A stretch of DNA of 64,000 nucleotides from Chiloscyllium plagiosum (taxonomy: Eukaryota), in contig NC_057720.1 in the NCBI RefSeq assembly GCF_004010195.1, positions 1,573,704-1,637,703 of the forward strand, read 5' to 3'. Positions within the stretch are counted from its first letter, which is position 1. Every line of letters starts with the position of its first letter. Below are positions 61,461 through 64,000 of the stretch, in pieces. The position numbers were made by a program, and so were the translations under genes. The notes under the pieces were generated by a model. It was not told where the DNA came from, made no database searches, and was given only the letters and a program-made list of their open reading frames with translations.

Positions 61461-62222
61461 TGCACTGTCAGAGGGTTAGTGCTGAGGGAGTGCCACACAG
61501 TCAGAGGGTCAGTACTGAGGGAGTGCCACACTGTCAGAGGGTCAGTGCTAAGAGACTGCTACACTGTCAGAGGGTCAGTGCTGAGGGAGTGTCACACTGT
61601 CAGAGAGTCAGTGCTGAGGGAGTGCTGCACTGTCAGAGAGTCAGTGCTGAGGGAGTGCTGCACTGTCAAAGGGTCAGTACTGAGACAGTGCCACACTGTC
61701 AGAAGTTCAGTTCTGAGGGAGTGCCGCACTGTCGAAGTGTCAGTACTGAGGGAATGCCACACTGTCAGAGGGTCAGTGCTGAGGGAATGCCACACAGTCA
61801 GAGGGTCATTACTGAGAGAGTGCCACACTGTCAGAGGGTCAATGCTAAGGGAGTGCTACACTGTCAGAGGGTCATTGCTGAAGGAGTGTCGTACTGTCAG
61901 AGAATCAGTGCTGAGGGAGTGCCGCACTGTCAGAAGTTCAGTTCTGAGGGAGTGCTGCACTGTCGCAGTGTCAGTACTGAGGGAATGCCACACTGTCAGA
62001 GGGTCAGTACTGAGGGAGTTCTATACCATCAAAAGGTCAGTACTGAGGCAATGTCACATTATCAGATGGTCAGTACTGAGGGAGTGCTGCACTGTCAGAG
62101 GGTCAGTACTGCGTGAGTGCCGCACTGTCAGAGGGTCAGTACTGAGGGAATGGCACACTGTCGGAGTGTGATTAGTGAGGGAGTGCTACACTGTCAGAGG
62201 GTCAGTACTGAGGGAGTGCTCT
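61461..62222. repeat. 33-bp minisatellite array (about 23 units)
   Basis: Same unit as 6538-7404. Confidence 0.95.
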
Positions 62223-63263
62223 ACTCTTAGAGAGTAATGTGCTGATTGGGTGAGCCTAGGTTATGGCTTCCTTTCTCTGAAGTAGAATTTGAACCCAAAT
62301 TATTTGACTCAGGATAGGAATCTTCCACCTAAGTCTGGTTTATACCTTACACATCTTTGACTGTGTAGAGACTGGTATGATACAGACTGAAATTGCATTG
62401 AGAGGATGACATGAAAATGTTGCTGTGACAGAGAGGCTTCACTGCTCCTCCTGAAAAGGTGAAGCGAGGCTGCAGACAAAGCAGCTGAGATTGAGGAGAT
62501 TGTATGGATGTGGCATGCAGACTCTGCATTCCAGCATAGGTTGTTACTGACTACCTGGCTCCAACAGTATCTGGCAATGTGTTGACACTAGCACATTGCT
62601 CACTGCATTCAACATCACACCAACAAAGAACGGGCAACAATTAACTGTGTCTGACAAATTGTTTATGGCCCCCAGCAATGTTATCTTTGCCAAATATCAG
62701 GAGGAACTTACTCTGTCAAAAGATGTTTAGCTTGAGAATGGAATGAGGACTGGAGACACATTCTCTCAGAGAAACAGAGCAACAAAGTAAAGTACTGGAA
62801 ACAGGTGCAGAAGTTAAAAACACTAAGAACAGCTCTCATTTTTAAAGGACGTTTTTAAACATAAATGTTCATCTTTTTAACCCAGTGCGTCACCATGACA
62901 GTTCACATTAATCTTGCTCCCAGGTGTTAACAATTTATATGTTGCTGCATGCAAATTCTCTATGCTCATTTGCCCTGCAATTTTATCAAACTTTGCTGTA
63001 CATGAATTAATGGATAGTGTACTTCTACATTGATTTCAGATCAAACACATTTCACCAAAGTGACAGCATGAAAACAGACTATTCAGCCCTGCTAGTCCAT
63101 GTCAGTTGTTTGTGCTCCTTTGGACGTTGCTGCTTCATAAGATTGTTGGGAAACAAAATATTTCAACTAAAGGAATTGAGATTTATTGTCCATCCCCAAC
63201 TGTCCTGAGAAGTCGTGGTGGTGAGCTGCGTTCTGAAACCATTGCAGTGCTTGCTAAATTATC

Positions 63264-63486
63264 TAGGAGAAAGTGAGGACTGCAGATATTGGAGATCAGA
63301 GTCGAGAGTGTAGTGCTGGAAAAGCACAGCAGGTCAGGCAGCATCCGAGGAGCAGGAGAATCAATGTTTTGGGCATAAGCCCTTCATCAGGAATCCTGAT
63401 GAAGGGCTTATGCCCAAAACACCGAATCTCCTGCTCCTTGGATGCTGCCTGACCTGCTGTGCTTTTCCAGCACTACACTCTTGACC
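63264..63486. mobile_element. Family A inverted dimer
   Basis: Centre gcccttcatcagg-aat-cctgatgaagggc; perfect 14-bp TSD cttgctaaattatc (63250-63263, 63487-63500). Confidence 0.85.
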
Positions 63487-63499
63487 CTTGCTAAATTAT

Positions 63500-63995
63500 C
63501 AGACTGCTAATCCATGTTTCAGCAACGCATGAATTTTCACAAGTTAAATAGAGTGAAGACGGAAGCCATTGCTTTTCTTCCTGAGTTACGGGCTGCATCC
63601 CTCTCCCTGGCAACAATTGGAGATGAAGCCAGGATGTCACAATCTTAGTGTCAGGTACAATCCTAAGGTTGGTGAGGCCAGGTCCTAACAACATTGCCTG
63701 GCACCACTGTCTCAATTCATCTGCTGCTGAATCCCTCATTCATACTTTTGATACCTCTAGCTGCATTGAAAAACACTCGTTCACTGATCTTGTATATTCT
63801 AACCTTCTAAAACCTGAGGATTAAAACTCACCACCCATACCTGAATTTGTACAGATGTCCTGTTCCTATATCATCCTTGTACTCTCTGAAGCACATCACT
63901 TCCTGATCTTGCAATGCTTTGATTGTAAATTTCCCATCCTTGTTACCAAATCCTCCATAGCTTCCTCCTTTTCTATATCTGTTTCACACCTACAT
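63500..63995 (+). mobile_element. Old L2-like LINE 3' fragment
   Basis: Degenerate LIHTFDTS and cccatccttgttaccaaatcc motifs; a similar minus-strand piece lies near 59360-59530. Confidence 0.5.
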
Positions 63996-64000
63996 TTCTC

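Noticed and set aside
61421..62171. Cys/His-rich repetitive ORFs resembling zinc fingers
   Set aside because: Translations of the 33-bp minisatellite, open in several frames on both strands.

Overview
Eukaryotic, repeat-dominated DNA, most likely from a shark (elasmobranch): HE1-type V-SINEs, many nested and decayed CR1-clade LINEs, Rex1-, L2- and Tx1-like fragments, Deu-domain-like SINEs, two minisatellite families and four N gaps. The long ORFs in the track are LINE remnants or satellite artefacts, and no host protein-coding gene can be named. The only clear host gene is an isolated, intact tRNA-Leu(TAA) at 44994-45076; a few weak exon candidates lie in unique DNA. The most interesting signal is that five distinct short dispersed elements share a minimal type-I hammerhead-ribozyme layout (short stem I, CUGANGA, one extra nt, stem II, GAAA, palindromic ACGU/AGCU, cleavage base). 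Several copies are inverted dimers, several have 8-14 bp target-site duplications, one adjoins a Penelope-like ORF end, and one seeded a 49-bp minisatellite. This points to non-autonomous, ribozyme-bearing Penelope-derived retroelements. Family names come from motif recognition, not database searches, and LINE boundaries are approximate.
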